Assembly: GCA_052168235.1 (NCBI GenBank) | Contig: JBQLZK010000043.1 | Span: 1-62,989, forward strand | DNA from: Thainema sp. | GTDB taxonomy: Bacteria > Cyanobacteriota > Cyanobacteriia > Phormidesmidales > Phormidesmidaceae | Length of the DNA stretch: 62,989 nt | Direction of reading: 5' to 3' | In this document: in pieces, positions 1-9,888 of the stretch | Layout: each line of letters opens with the position of its first letter | Position numbering within the stretch: the stretch's first letter is position 1 | The notes under the pieces: model-generated | What the model saw: the letters and a program-made list of their open reading frames with translations, nothing else | What the model was told of the DNA's origin: nothing | Databases searched by the model: none | Made by a program: the position numbers and the translations under genes

Positions 1-77
1 CCGGATTTGCCTCCATCACCAAGGGACTGCGGCATTTAGCCCACGATATCCCCCGTCTATTTTCCTTTTTTCAATAA

Positions 78-407
78 ATCAGCCCTGCCCATCACCATGC
101 CCCAGAGGACTGGCGATCGCTGCTGGCCATGGGCATTTCGGGTGGTTTGATGCCCTGCCCATCGGCCCTGGTGTTGCTGTTAAGCGCGATTGCCCTACAC
201 CAAATCGCCTATGGGTTGGTGCTCGTCGGTGGTTTCAGTCTGGGTCTGGCATCGGTGCTCACGACCCTGGGTTTAGCCGCCGTTTATGGCCACCAGTGGC
301 TCGAAAAAGCCCCCATCGGTAATGGAATTATGCAGCGGCTGTCAGTCGTGAGCGCTTTCGCCACAATTTGCATCGGCCTTGGTTTGATAACGGTGGCGTT
401 GACATGA
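78..407 (+). pseudogene. 3' fragment of RcnA/HoxN-like Ni/Co transporter
   Basis: GISGGLMPCPSALVLLL and FSLGLA motifs preceded by HHH. The frame is closed upstream by TAA at 75-77, so only the C-terminal part is present. Confidence 0.7.
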
Positions 408-481
408 ACGTCACCTTGTTTGCACACACCTTGTTTGCGGACAAAGAACTGATTGCCTGCCAGCCGCTTGGCTGAAGTCGC

Positions 482-1876
482 TTAGCTCGCGGCTGGCATA
501 GGTTTCACATTCTCCTCGGCAAAAATACCCTTAGGAATGATGCCATGCACGCCCCAGTTGCCATCGACCACCTGAGTAATCGCAAAGTCAGTACCGACCG
601 TAATCAGCGAAAAGGCTTCATCCTCGGTCAGGTTCATGCCATTCATCAAGAAGTCGCGGGCCTTGGCGGAGCTATCCTTGAGAGCCGGATCGAGAGACGA
701 CAGGGTATAGATTTCCTTCTGGGCGTCTTCTCCCAGGGCTTCTAGATAGTTCGGGTAGGTAAAGCCGTGAACAATCCAGGAATCAGGGGTTTCTAGCAAA
801 GGATAGTTGACTCCTTCCAAAATGGTGCCCGCCAGGTCGGCTTGCTTGTGCAGAACGAATTGAAACACGCCAGTAATCGAGGTTTCAATGGCGGTGCCAT
901 CCAGTTCTGAGTCGCCCTGAGCCGCGTGGGCATCACCACCGGAGAACAGAGCACCGGGCACAGCGACCGGCAGGTACAGGGAGGTGCCCACGCCAATGTT
1001 GCGGTTATCCATGTTGCCGCCAAAGTAAGCAGGCGGAATGGAATCGACCACATCGGCTTCGCTAGGAGCGACCCCCATAGAGCCCAGGTGCAGACGGAGG
1101 GGAATTTTGACCCCTTCCAGGGTGTCTTCAATCTCGGTAACGGTGGCGTGATCAACAATGATGCCAGGATAGTCAATCGTGTCATGGGCTTTACCGTCGG
1201 GGGTCGTTTGGGACGTCCACTGGTAGCGGTAGACGGCCTTGGCCCACGGCTTCTCACCTGTAGCGTCCATTTCATACAGCGTAATCACCTCGCGCGGTTT
1301 GGGATCTCCCTTGTAGTTGTCGTACTGAAAGCCCCACCAGGCCGCCGCGTTAGAGCCATAGGTTTTGGTAGGATCCATACCGCTAGGACGCAGCTTCAGA
1401 TCGACAACGCGCACCTCCAGCAGATCGCCGGGTTCTGCACCGCAGACATAGACGGGACCCGTGAGAATGTGTACGCCAGGACCGCGATCGCTCACGGTTT
1501 TGCCCTCAGCCGTCCAGTTGTAAATGCTTTCGATGGCAGGGTCGCCTGCAATCATGCGATCGTAGTCATCACCCGCGTGGTGAGTAATGGTTTCCAGGGT
1601 GACGTAGTCCTGAGAATTAATGGAAATCACCGGAGCCTGATTTTTGCTGTAGTAGCCCCAGTGAACCGTTTCAGGGCTGGCCGCCACTGCGTAGTGGCGA
1701 GGACTGGTGGCGCGACTGCCACAGCTCGTTGGCACCGTGCTTTCAATCGGAGGCACCACCGCACTCACCGGGGTCATGCCAACGGGAAGAAAACTCGCCA
1801 TCAAACAGAGAACAAGCGTGGCAACAGACAAAGACGGCCAGGTCTTCAGCCAACGCATTTTACGATTTTCAGCCAT
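482..1876 (-). CDS. Acetamidase/formamidase family protein with N-terminal signal-like segment
   Basis: GVHILTGPVYV, GGNMDN, GDAHAAQGDSE and QVVDGNWGVH motifs; hydrophobic N-terminus. Start uncertain (1912, 1876 or 1858). Confidence 0.85.
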   Translation of the reverse strand: MAENRKMRWLKTWPSLSVATLVLCLMASFLPVGMTPVSAVVPPIESTVPTSCGSRATSPRHYAVAASPETVHWGYYSKNQAPVISINSQDYVTLETITHHAGDDYDRMIAGDPAIESIYNWTAEGKTVSDRGPGVHILTGPVYVCGAEPGDLLEVRVVDLKLRPSGMDPTKTYGSNAAAWWGFQYDNYKGDPKPREVITLYEMDATGEKPWAKAVYRYQWTSQTTPDGKAHDTIDYPGIIVDHATVTEIEDTLEGVKIPLRLHLGSMGVAPSEADVVDSIPPAYFGGNMDNRNIGVGTSLYLPVAVPGALFSGGDAHAAQGDSELDGTAIETSITGVFQFVLHKQADLAGTILEGVNYPLLETPDSWIVHGFTYPNYLEALGEDAQKEIYTLSSLDPALKDSSAKARDFLMNGMNLTEDEAFSLITVGTDFAITQVVDGNWGVHGIIPKGIFAEENVKPMPAAS

Positions 1877-1945
1877 TCTGTCTTTCCTAAAGGGATTTTG
1901 GCCCAAGAACATCGATTAGTTTTCTACAGAATGCAAATGGCGTTT

Positions 1946-1959
1946 GTAGTCTAGATAAC
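1946..1959 (-). promoter_or_regulatory. Possible NtcA site upstream of the amidase
   Basis: GTA-N8-AAC, one mismatch to GTA-N8-TAC; only a weak -10 at the expected distance. Confidence 0.3.
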
Positions 1960-2075
1960 ACAACTTCACAGACGGAGACGATCGCTTCCGCATCGTGCGG
2001 GGCAGTTCCTGGTATGAATCTTTAAACAGTTGGAGCTTGCTGTTGAGGGCGATCGCCGAAGGCCAGTCTCTGTCC

Positions 2076-2196
2076 ATTGCATTACACTAAATCGCCTATG
2101 GGTTGGTGCTCGTCGGTGGTTTTAGCCTGGGTCTGGCATCGGTGCTCATGACTTTGGGATTAGCCGCGGTCTATGGCCGCCAGTGGCTCGAAAAAG
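2076..2196 (+). pseudogene. Second degenerate RcnA-like fragment, direct repeat of 189-309
   Basis: 121-bp diverged copy with a CAA->TAA stop. Confidence 0.85.
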
Positions 2197-2287
2197 TCCT
2201 AAGGTATGGGGTGATAGCGCAGTGCCCTATTCCATGAACTACACACCGTGAACCTGAAACCTTGTCCCATTTCCTAGACAAGAAATT

Positions 2288-2302
2288 TGATAATGATTAT
2301 CA
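2288..2302. promoter_or_regulatory. Zur box
   Basis: Perfect 7-1-7 palindrome TGATAATGATTATCA matching the cyanobacterial Zur consensus TGATAATnATTATCA, just upstream of the gene at 2335. Confidence 0.85.
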
Positions 2303-2334
2303 TTCTAATAATCTCATCACCTGGGTAAATCAGC

Positions 2335-3384
2335 GTGAGTCAATCCCAAACGAATCAGTCCTATGACGTTGTGATTGTGGGTGCCGGAGCCGCTGGCATC
2401 GGCTGTGGCGTCGTACTCAAAGACCTGGGGCTGGAGCGCTTCACCATTTTAGAAAGACACCAGGTGGGAGCCTCCTTTAGCCGCTGGCCTGAGGAGATGA
2501 ACTTTATCACGCCGTCATTTCCCAGTCATGGTTTTGGGCTGCTCGATCTGAATGCTGTGACCTTGAAGACCTCGCCTGCGATCGCATTTCGGCGCGAACA
2601 CATCAACGGTAAGCAGTACGCCCTGTACTTACAAACCGTGGCCGATTACTTTGAGCTACCGATTCAGACTGAGGTTGATGTGCAGAGCGTTGACCCCTTG
2701 CCCCAGGGAGGCTTTACCCTATGCACCAGCAGCGGTGAAATTTCTACCCATTTTGTGATTTGGGCTGCCGGAGAGTATCAATATCCCTATTTCAATCCCT
2801 TTCCAGGGGCAGAGCACTGCCTCCACAACTCCCAAGTTCAGTCGTGGAGGGATCTAGAAGGTAACGAATTCCTCATTATCGGCGGTTACGAAAGCGGCAT
2901 AGATGCGGCGGCCAACTTAGTGGCACTGGGGAAGAAAGTCACTGTACTCGATCGCACTGGAGTCTGGTCAGAACCTGACCCCGACCCCAGCGTATCCCTA
3001 TCGCCCTACACCCTGCAGCGTCTGGAATCTGTCTATCGCACAGGTCGCCTAGACATGGTGGGTAACGCATCCATTGAAAAAGTCAAACCTATCCCCGGTG
3101 GCTACGCCGTCTACAGCGAATACCAGAAGTGGATGACAGCGCATCCTCCCATTCTCTGCATCGGTTTCGACACCAGCTTGAAACAGATTGCCTCCCTGTT
3201 CGACTGGTCCGAAGGCTATGCCGCCCTCACAGAAAACGACGAATCTACCCTCACCCCTGGCCTCTTCGTTAGCGGGCCTTCTGTTCGCCACGGGGATTTG
3301 ATTTTCTGCTTTATCTACAAATTCCGCCAGCGCTTTGCCGTCATTGCCAACGCGATCGCCCTATGTGCGTTTGCTGGGTATTGA
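2335..3384 (+). CDS. NAD(P)/FAD-dependent oxidoreductase (pyridine nucleotide-disulfide/CzcO-like), possibly C-terminally truncated
   Basis: GAGAAG FAD motif, GGYESG second Rossmann motif, FCFIYKFRQRF; GTG start. Confidence 0.8.
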   Translation: MSQSQTNQSYDVVIVGAGAAGIGCGVVLKDLGLERFTILERHQVGASFSRWPEEMNFITPSFPSHGFGLLDLNAVTLKTSPAIAFRREHINGKQYALYLQTVADYFELPIQTEVDVQSVDPLPQGGFTLCTSSGEISTHFVIWAAGEYQYPYFNPFPGAEHCLHNSQVQSWRDLEGNEFLIIGGYESGIDAAANLVALGKKVTVLDRTGVWSEPDPDPSVSLSPYTLQRLESVYRTGRLDMVGNASIEKVKPIPGGYAVYSEYQKWMTAHPPILCIGFDTSLKQIASLFDWSEGYAALTENDESTLTPGLFVSGPSVRHGDLIFCFIYKFRQRFAVIANAIALCAFAGY

Positions 3385-3515
3385 CCCCAAAGCGAAACAT
3401 CGTCAGTGGGAACAAATGATTCACAAGCCGGAGTGAGTCTTAAATATCAAATTCTGTGCCGCAATGTGCGTCGTAAAATTTTCGAATTTTGTTAACACCA
3501 TCTACCGTCCACTGC

Positions 3516-3601
3516 CACTAACGGTGAAGTGCAGCGGCGGTCGATAGCCTTTGCTTCCCAATAGATACCTTTTGCTCGTCCGCTGCCACGCAATGTCAGG
3601 T
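3516..3601. mobile_element. attC-like site
   Basis: CTAAC...GCAGCGG / CCGCTGC...GTCAGG imperfect palindrome with unpaired bases, directly before a TA pair. Confidence 0.5.
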
Positions 3602-3636
3602 GTTAACATATAAATATATCAGATGTGATATAGGAT

Positions 3637-3978
3637 ATGGGTAAAGATGATAAACCTCTGGTTTGGCTTCACGGTGAGGTCAAAACACCTCCTTTCAGCC
3701 AAGTTGCCAGACTTGAGGCAGGTTTCTTGTTAAGGCAACTACAGCAGGGTGAAAATCTAGGTCTGCCGCAGTCAAGGCCAATGCCAAGTATAGGAGCCAA
3801 CTGCCATGAACTTCGAATTAGGGATGCGGAGCAAAATTGGAGAATTATCTATCGCATTGATGACGATGCCATCTTAATTTTGGAAGTATTTAGTAAAAAG
3901 ACTCAGACAACTCCCACGAGTATCATCAATATTTGTAAGAAGCGACTAAGCAAGTATGACCACGATAAACGAGGTTAG
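3637..3978 (+). CDS. RelE/ParE-family (Gp49-like) toxin
   Basis: SRPMPSIG, CHELRI, WRIIY and FSKKTQTTP motifs; toxin-first order. Confidence 0.85.
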   Translation: MGKDDKPLVWLHGEVKTPPFSQVARLEAGFLLRQLQQGENLGLPQSRPMPSIGANCHELRIRDAEQNWRIIYRIDDDAILILEVFSKKTQTTPTSIINICKKRLSKYDHDKRG

Positions 3979-3982
3979 CGAT

Positions 3983-4297
3983 ATGGATAAAAAAACTCGC
4001 ACAAGACTAGAAGAAAAGGGTTGGAAAGTTGGCACAGTCTCAGATTTCCTAGAGTTAAGTCCCGAAGAGGAAATTCTTGTCGAAATCAAGTTGGCACTTA
4101 GCCGCAGCCTCAAAGAAAGAAGACAGTCATTAATGACGCAATCGGAGCTAGCAGAAAAAATTCATTCCAGTCAACCGCGTGTTGCTAATGCTGAAAATGG
4201 GGATGCTTCTGTATCCATTGAGTTACTAATCCGAGCAATTTTAGCAACAGGAGCCTCACCTCAAGATATCGGGCAAGTGATCTCTAGTGTAGGATAG
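3983..4297 (+). CDS. XRE-family HTH antitoxin
   Basis: TQSELAEKIHSSQPRVANAE helix-turn-helix; directly follows the toxin. Confidence 0.85.
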   Translation: MDKKTRTRLEEKGWKVGTVSDFLELSPEEEILVEIKLALSRSLKERRQSLMTQSELAEKIHSSQPRVANAENGDASVSIELLIRAILATGASPQDIGQVISSVG

Positions 4298-4369
4298 AAT
4301 CCCTCTTTGTCAGCTTATCTGTAGCGAGGATCTTTACAATTATTGCTTTCCTTGAATTCCACTTTAACT

Positions 4370-4404
4370 GTATCCGTTCCTCAGGCTTTCTAAGGAACGG
4401 ATAC
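4370..4404. terminator. Hairpin between convergent units
   Basis: 12-bp stem GTATCCGTTCCT/AGGAACGGATAC. Confidence 0.55.
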
Positions 4405-4411
4405 CACTGCT

Positions 4412-4560
4412 TTACTACCAATGCCAGCGGACTTCTCCATTCGGTTGATCAACCATTGATATCCCCACCGCTGCCAACCCGATCGCAAATCTGATCCGCT
4501 GTAGCAAAGTCACACTGTTGTCGAGCCGTTTGGCGCTACTGAAGCAGGTCAGCCATCGTC
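4412..4560 (-). pseudogene. Degenerate copy of the cysS 3' end
   Basis: Aligns with ~7153-7291 (RQTARQQCDFATAD...VDQPNGEVRWH) and carries a stop and a frameshift. Confidence 0.8.
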
Positions 4561-4569
4561 GCATCGTCA

Positions 4570-6282
4570 TCAAGATGAACAACTATAGTGCGACACACCA
4601 CCCACGTCAGAAAACGCGCTGGGTCGTAGACAATAGTATTTATCTTCTACTGCTTGCGATTGTTCATCATAGGGATGGCTCAGGACTGCTTGCAACTCTC
4701 TCACTAACGTGTAGTCACCCTGCATGGCTTGTTGATAAGCGGGGACAATCAACCACTCTCGCCAGGTGTATTTGGGGTTGGTCTGTTTCATCTGTGTGGA
4801 TATCTCAGCCAGTGATATCTCAACCGGGCCGTCGTTGATGAGGTTACGCCAGCTTTTGAGCCAAGTTTGCCATTGTTCATCGAGTTGTGGTGACGTTTTA
4901 CCATAGAAGCTCTTTTTCAAGACTGAGACATCGTCTGGTATGTGGGATAACTCGCGGAAGAAAATGGTGTAATCCACATCTGAGTCGGTCATTAACTGCA
5001 TTAATTGCCTAAACAACTCTGGATTAAATTCAGTCAAGCCCAGTTTAGCCGCCCACATGTTTTGAATTTGTGTTTGCATGGCTTCTGAAAAGCCACGACC
5101 GACTTGGTCGAACTGTTCTAAAACTTCAGCATCTTCTGCAAGTAGCGGTCTCACCGCTTTCCAAAACATGTAATAGTTTGTTTCTGCTGCCCTTGGCTGA
5201 TTGATGAAGGCAAAGTGTTCGCCGCCGCCCGTCCAGGGTTGAAACCAGGGGTCAAAAATTTCACAAAACCCAAAGGGTCCATAGTCGAGGGTAAAGCCAC
5301 CAGCGGCGCAGTTATCATTGTTAAAGTTACCCTGGCAATAACCAACCCGTAGCCAATTGGCCACCAGGGTCGTAAGCCGCTGGCGAAATATTCTAGCCAA
5401 CTCAACCAATTGCTCTGCAAAACCAAGGGTTTGATCAATGTCGCTTTTGTATTCTCGCTCAATTAAATGCGACACGATCAGGCGCAACTCTTCTGATGCG
5501 TTTGGATGGGCATGACTGCGATCGCGGCGGGCGAATAACTCTAGCTGACCGACGCGCAAAAAGGAGGGGGCAACGCGAGTGGAAATGGCCACGGGATTGT
5601 CCACCAAAATATCCGGGTCAAGCGAGCAAGAGTCTTGGGAATACCAGGGCCGGGTCACGGTCTCAGATTTAGACACGTATAGCGTCAAAGCGCGGGATGT
5701 GGGCACCCCTAAAGCGTGCATATACTCTTGCGCTAAAAACTCACGCACACTGGAACGGAGTACGGCGCGCCCGTCAGCACCCCGGCAATAGGGCGTTGGG
5801 CCACCCCCTTTCAATTGCATTTCCCAACGCTGGCCATTGATGATTCCTTCGAGTACCGATATCGCCCGACCATCGCCATACCCATTCCCCGTCCCGAATG
5901 GACAATTTTGGATATATTCGGTGCCATAAATCGACAGGGCATAGCCAGTCGCCCAGCCCACCTGACGCATCGGCTCAGGCGCAGCAGAGAGATCACCCGA
6001 AAATACACGGCGAAAGTTTTCATCCAGCGCCAGTTCATCGCTCAACCCAAGCTCCTTAAAAAATGTGCTGCTATGGGCGACATATTCTGGTTCTGGAAGC
6101 GGGGTGGGGGTCACAGGGACGAAATGACCCGAGAAAACCTGCCGGGGACGGTGATCATCACCATCGACCGTGGCGTCAGGATCGGCATTTAAGGTGTCCA
6201 TCAGAGAATAATCCGCCAACTGCACAAACTCATCGAAGGTCGTTACGCAGGGCTCAGCAGATGGTTTAGATGGATATGACAT
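4570..6282 (-). CDS. selO: SelO/YdiU protein adenylyltransferase
   Basis: [41 protein letters not shown] and C-terminal SCSS motifs. Confidence 0.9.
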   Translation of the reverse strand: MSYPSKPSAEPCVTTFDEFVQLADYSLMDTLNADPDATVDGDDHRPRQVFSGHFVPVTPTPLPEPEYVAHSSTFFKELGLSDELALDENFRRVFSGDLSAAPEPMRQVGWATGYALSIYGTEYIQNCPFGTGNGYGDGRAISVLEGIINGQRWEMQLKGGGPTPYCRGADGRAVLRSSVREFLAQEYMHALGVPTSRALTLYVSKSETVTRPWYSQDSCSLDPDILVDNPVAISTRVAPSFLRVGQLELFARRDRSHAHPNASEELRLIVSHLIEREYKSDIDQTLGFAEQLVELARIFRQRLTTLVANWLRVGYCQGNFNNDNCAAGGFTLDYGPFGFCEIFDPWFQPWTGGGEHFAFINQPRAAETNYYMFWKAVRPLLAEDAEVLEQFDQVGRGFSEAMQTQIQNMWAAKLGLTEFNPELFRQLMQLMTDSDVDYTIFFRELSHIPDDVSVLKKSFYGKTSPQLDEQWQTWLKSWRNLINDGPVEISLAEISTQMKQTNPKYTWREWLIVPAYQQAMQGDYTLVRELQAVLSHPYDEQSQAVEDKYYCLRPSAFSDVGGVSHYSCSS

Positions 6283-6341
6283 GGTTGCTAACGTCGATAT
6301 TGACGGGAAAGACTCGTGTTTAATTGAGAATCATGTAGAGG

Positions 6342-7055
6342 CTAGCATGTTAAAGGTGATGTCCGCTGTGTATACCAAGCATGAATAAAAAGAGTCTGCA
6401 AGAACAAGACAGGGGGATCAAAATCGCTCGATGCGATGATTGATGCGACTTCATGGGGGGGTAGCACAGCCGCATCTCGGCCATGAGCGGCCAGAAAATC
6501 CTCGACATCCTCATCGGGATATTCCGCGTAACTCAACATTCGGGTCCAAATCTCGCGCAGCTGTCGATAGGCTGGGGTGGACATATCAGAAGCCAAATCT
6601 GCACTCACTAAATACCCCTGAGGGCGAAGTCGTGAAGCAATTTGGCTGAAGAATTGTCGTCTTTCCTCCTGCTGCATAAAGAAGTGAGAAACCAGAAGGC
6701 AAGTCGCCGCATCGAAAGGGGCTGATGCGGGTAGTGAGTCAAGATAGCCTTGATGCCAAGTACACCGCGAGGAAATCCCGTACTCTTCAGCTTTCTGGCG
6801 ACAAATTTCAAGCATTGCACTCGCAGGCTCTACCGCCGTGAATTGCCATTGTGGAAATTCTTGAGCCAGATAAATCAACTCCAAACCAGTTCCGACTCCA
6901 ACACAAAGAATTCGGGCGTCAGTCGGGAGTTCAGATAGTATCAGGCGAGTTAGCAAATGAAGCGTGTCACGCAATGGTGCTAACTTAGCGGCTCTTTTGT
7001 CGTAGGAAGAAGCGCGTTCTTGGTCGAAGACAATAGCTGATTCTTGATTTTGCAT
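6342..7055 (-). CDS. Class I SAM-dependent methyltransferase
   Basis: ILCVGVGTG motif I, VEPASAML, FDAATCLLVSHF. Confidence 0.85.
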   Translation of the reverse strand: MQNQESAIVFDQERASSYDKRAAKLAPLRDTLHLLTRLILSELPTDARILCVGVGTGLELIYLAQEFPQWQFTAVEPASAMLEICRQKAEEYGISSRCTWHQGYLDSLPASAPFDAATCLLVSHFFMQQEERRQFFSQIASRLRPQGYLVSADLASDMSTPAYRQLREIWTRMLSYAEYPDEDVEDFLAAHGRDAAVLPPHEVASIIASSDFDPPVLFLQTLFIHAWYTQRTSPLTC

Positions 7056-7143
7056 GGGTAATGTGGATAATTACGTCGTCTTACTTTTCACAATTGGAGT
7101 CTGTACAGCTATCTAAACCGCATCAGCAGTTCCATCAATAGAT

Positions 7144-8646
7144 TCACTGTCGATGCCAGCGGACGGTTCCATCGGGTTGATCTACCACCGTGACGCCCAC
7201 GGCTGCCAGGCGATCGCGAATATCATCTGCCGTTGTGAAGTCACGCTGTTGTCGGGCCACCTGGCGCTGCTGGATCAGGTCAACGATGGTCGAAGACCGG
7301 CTTGCGGCGATCACAGCCTCTAAGTCATCAGATGCCACATCAATGTCGCTGTTGACTTTGGCCTCTAACCCCAAGATCTGGGCCAGGTGTATCAAGGTTT
7401 GCCACTGCTCCAAGAGCTGATCCGGACTGGACTGCGGCTTCCCTTCATGAATCAGACGGTTTCCCTCTCGCTGTAGCCCTTTAGCCAGCTCAAACAACAC
7501 GGCCAGAGCCCCCGGCGTGTTCAGGTCATCGTCCATAGCGGATTGGAACCGCTCCATCCACGGAGCATCTGGGCTGGGTTCCTGGGGAGAGGGCTGGAGG
7601 TTGGTGGCGGGCCATCCCAGGTTTGTACCGTAGCGATCGCCAAACAAAAGTCCGGCCTTCAGGGTTTGCCAACTGTTGATTGAGGCTGCGATCGCATCTT
7701 TCGTGAAATCCAGTGGCTTCCGATAATGCCCCTGCAGCACAAACAGCCGTACTGCCATCGGGTCTACCGGCTGCGGATATTCCGGCCAACGACCCTCTAG
7801 CAAATCGCGGATCGTGGTGAAATTGCCCAGGGATTTCGACATCTTTTCACCATTTACCGTCACCATGCCGTTGTGCAGCCAGTAATTGGCCAGGGGCTTG
7901 CCATTCGCCGCCTGGGACTGGGCAATCTCATTCTCGTGGTGGGGAAACACCAGGTCGCCGCCACCACCGTGAATATCGATGGTGGCCCCCAGTCGGGCGC
8001 GAATCATCGCCGAACATTCAATATGCCACCCTGGTCGGCCCGCTCCCCAGGGGGAATCCCAGGCGGGTTCGTCGGGTTTGGCTCCCTTCCAGAGGGCAAA
8101 GTCAGCCGGGTTAGCCTTGGCGGTAGCCGCCAGGTCTCGACCACTCGCTCCGGCCTGCATTGTTGCGAGCGATCGCCCCGAAAGCTGGCCATAGTCGGCA
8201 AACTGCTCCACCTGATAATACACATCTCCCCCGGCAGCATAGGCATAGCCCTTTGCTTCGAGCTGGCCAATCAACTCATGAATCGCCCCCATATGCTCCG
8301 TCACTCTGGGATACTCATCGGCATCCATCACATTCAGACGGTGCATATCCTCGAAATAACGCTGGATGTAGCGCTCTGAAATAGCCGCCATGGTTGTCTC
8401 CTCGGCGCTGGCTCGGTTGAGGATTTTGTCGTCGATATCGGTAAAGTTTTGCACGTAATGGACGGTATATCCCCGCCAGCGCAGGTAGCGCCGCAGCACA
8501 TCCCAACCCAGGTACGACCGGGCATGGCCCAGGTGGCAATCGTCATAAACCGTTACCCCGCAGCAGTACATCGTCACCCGACCAGGATGGATGGGGGTAA
8601 AGGGTTGTTTGTGTTTGGTGAGGGTGTTGTAGAGGGTGAGGGACAT
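7144..8646 (-). CDS. cysS: Cysteine--tRNA ligase (probable Zur-regulated paralog)
   Basis: HLGH, GWHIECS, FPHHENE and KMSKS motifs; true start MSLTLYN at 8646. Confidence 0.95.
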   Translation of the reverse strand: MSLTLYNTLTKHKQPFTPIHPGRVTMYCCGVTVYDDCHLGHARSYLGWDVLRRYLRWRGYTVHYVQNFTDIDDKILNRASAEETTMAAISERYIQRYFEDMHRLNVMDADEYPRVTEHMGAIHELIGQLEAKGYAYAAGGDVYYQVEQFADYGQLSGRSLATMQAGASGRDLAATAKANPADFALWKGAKPDEPAWDSPWGAGRPGWHIECSAMIRARLGATIDIHGGGGDLVFPHHENEIAQSQAANGKPLANYWLHNGMVTVNGEKMSKSLGNFTTIRDLLEGRWPEYPQPVDPMAVRLFVLQGHYRKPLDFTKDAIAASINSWQTLKAGLLFGDRYGTNLGWPATNLQPSPQEPSPDAPWMERFQSAMDDDLNTPGALAVLFELAKGLQREGNRLIHEGKPQSSPDQLLEQWQTLIHLAQILGLEAKVNSDIDVASDDLEAVIAASRSSTIVDLIQQRQVARQQRDFTTADDIRDRLAAVGVTVVDQPDGTVRWHRQ

Positions 8647-8648
8647 AG

Positions 8649-8747
8649 GTGGAGGGGTGGGCGTGTGGATGAGTGGATGAGTGGATGAGCGGATGGGTGT
8701 TGGGTTTTGGACCTTGCACCGTAAACTGTGTACCTTGCACCCAAAAC
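8649..8747. repeat. STRR-like short tandem repeats
   Basis: GTGGATGA units in tandem, and CCTTGCACC twice, in the intergenic gap. Confidence 0.7.
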
Positions 8748-9848
8748 CTAGTTTTCTTCGGCGATACAGTCCTTCAACTTTTCTTCCATCGCCTTGAGAT
8801 CCAGGTTGCGGCCAATGCAGACGAGTTGAGTGCCGGGTGACCCTGGCCATTCGGAGTCTTCGAGCTGAAACCGCTTACCGGTGAGCTGGAAAAAGTGGCG
8901 GGCGGGGCTTTCTTTGAACCAGAGAATCCCCTTCATGCGGAACAATTCTGATGGCAAGTGATAGTCAAGCAACTGCTGAAATTTTTTGAGGGCAAAGGGC
9001 TGGTCAGAGCGAAAAGACATTGAGACAAAGCCATCGTTATCCAGGTGGTCGGAATGATGGTGATGATGTTCGTGGGGGTGGTTATGGTCGTGATGGTGAT
9101 GCCCGTGGTCGTGAGACTCATGATCATTATGATGATGGTCAGGGTCGTGGTCATGGGCAGCTTTTTCGGCATCGGCCTGGGCAACGGCTTGATACCGCCC
9201 CTGTTCTCCAGCCTTCACGTCGATGATCAGCGGCAGGGGCACCTGACCCTGCTGAGCATGGAGGATTCTGACATCTTCTCGAAAGGTGCGAATCCCCGCT
9301 TCTACTGCTTTGAGGCGCTTTGACGAAACTAAATCGGTCTTATTGAGCAACAGAATATCGCCGTAGGCGATTTGGCTCAGGGCAGCTTGGCTATTGAACA
9401 AATCCGGTTCAAAGGTTTCGGCATCAATCACCGTCAGGATAGAGTCAAGCCGGGTCAGATCCCGCAGTTCAGTACCCAGGAAGGTAAGAGTAATGGGCAA
9501 GGGGTCGGCAACGCCAGTGGTTTCGACCACGAGGTAGTCAATGCGATCGGCATTGCCGTCTCGAAGAGAATCGCGTTTCTCCAGCACTCGATGCACCGCC
9601 TGCATCAGGTCGTCGTTGATGGTGCAACAGATACAGCCATTGGTTAGCTCCACCATATCCTGCTCAATGGTGACCAGAAGTTGACTGTCAATATTGATGT
9701 CACCAAACTCATTCACCAGCACCGCAACGCGAAAGGCATCAAAATTTTTGAGGATGTGGTTAAGCAGCGTGGTTTTGCCGCTGCCCAGAAAGCCCGTGAT
9801 GATGGTGACGGGTAGGCGGGTGTCGGGGGTGTTGAGGGTTGTTTGCAT
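8748..9848 (-). CDS. COG0523 (CobW/ZigA-type) GTPase metallochaperone with His-rich loop
   Basis: GFLGSGKTT, GCICC, ETTG and NKTD motifs; poly-His tract; CobW_C domain. Confidence 0.93.
   Translation of the reverse strand: MQTTLNTPDTRLPVTIITGFLGSGKTTLLNHILKNFDAFRVAVLVNEFGDINIDSQLLVTIEQDMVELTNGCICCTINDDLMQAVHRVLEKRDSLRDGNADRIDYLVVETTGVADPLPITLTFLGTELRDLTRLDSILTVIDAETFEPDLFNSQAALSQIAYGDILLLNKTDLVSSKRLKAVEAGIRTFREDVRILHAQQGQVPLPLIIDVKAGEQGRYQAVAQADAEKAAHDHDPDHHHNDHESHDHGHHHHDHNHPHEHHHHHSDHLDNDGFVSMSFRSDQPFALKKFQQLLDYHLPSELFRMKGILWFKESPARHFFQLTGKRFQLEDSEWPGSPGTQLVCIGRNLDLKAMEEKLKDCIAEEN
9546..9569. mobile_element. 24-nt small dispersed repeat inserted in a HIP1 site
   Basis: GCG[ATCGGCATTGCCGTCTCGAAGAGA]ATCGC; adds 8 aa that are absent from the paralog at 13798. 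Confidence 0.6.
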
Positions 9849-9888
9849 GAGAAAGGGAAGAGATAAGTTTACGGTGTACGCTCACGGC

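Noticed and set aside
926..1954. 342-aa plus-strand ORF and similar shadow ORFs (e.g. 24605-25327, 7873-8379)
   Set aside because: Antisense to well-supported genes, with no recognisable motifs.
8647..8850. 68-aa N-terminal extension of CysS
   Set aside because: It translates microrepeats and overlaps the upstream gene; the conserved start is at 8646.
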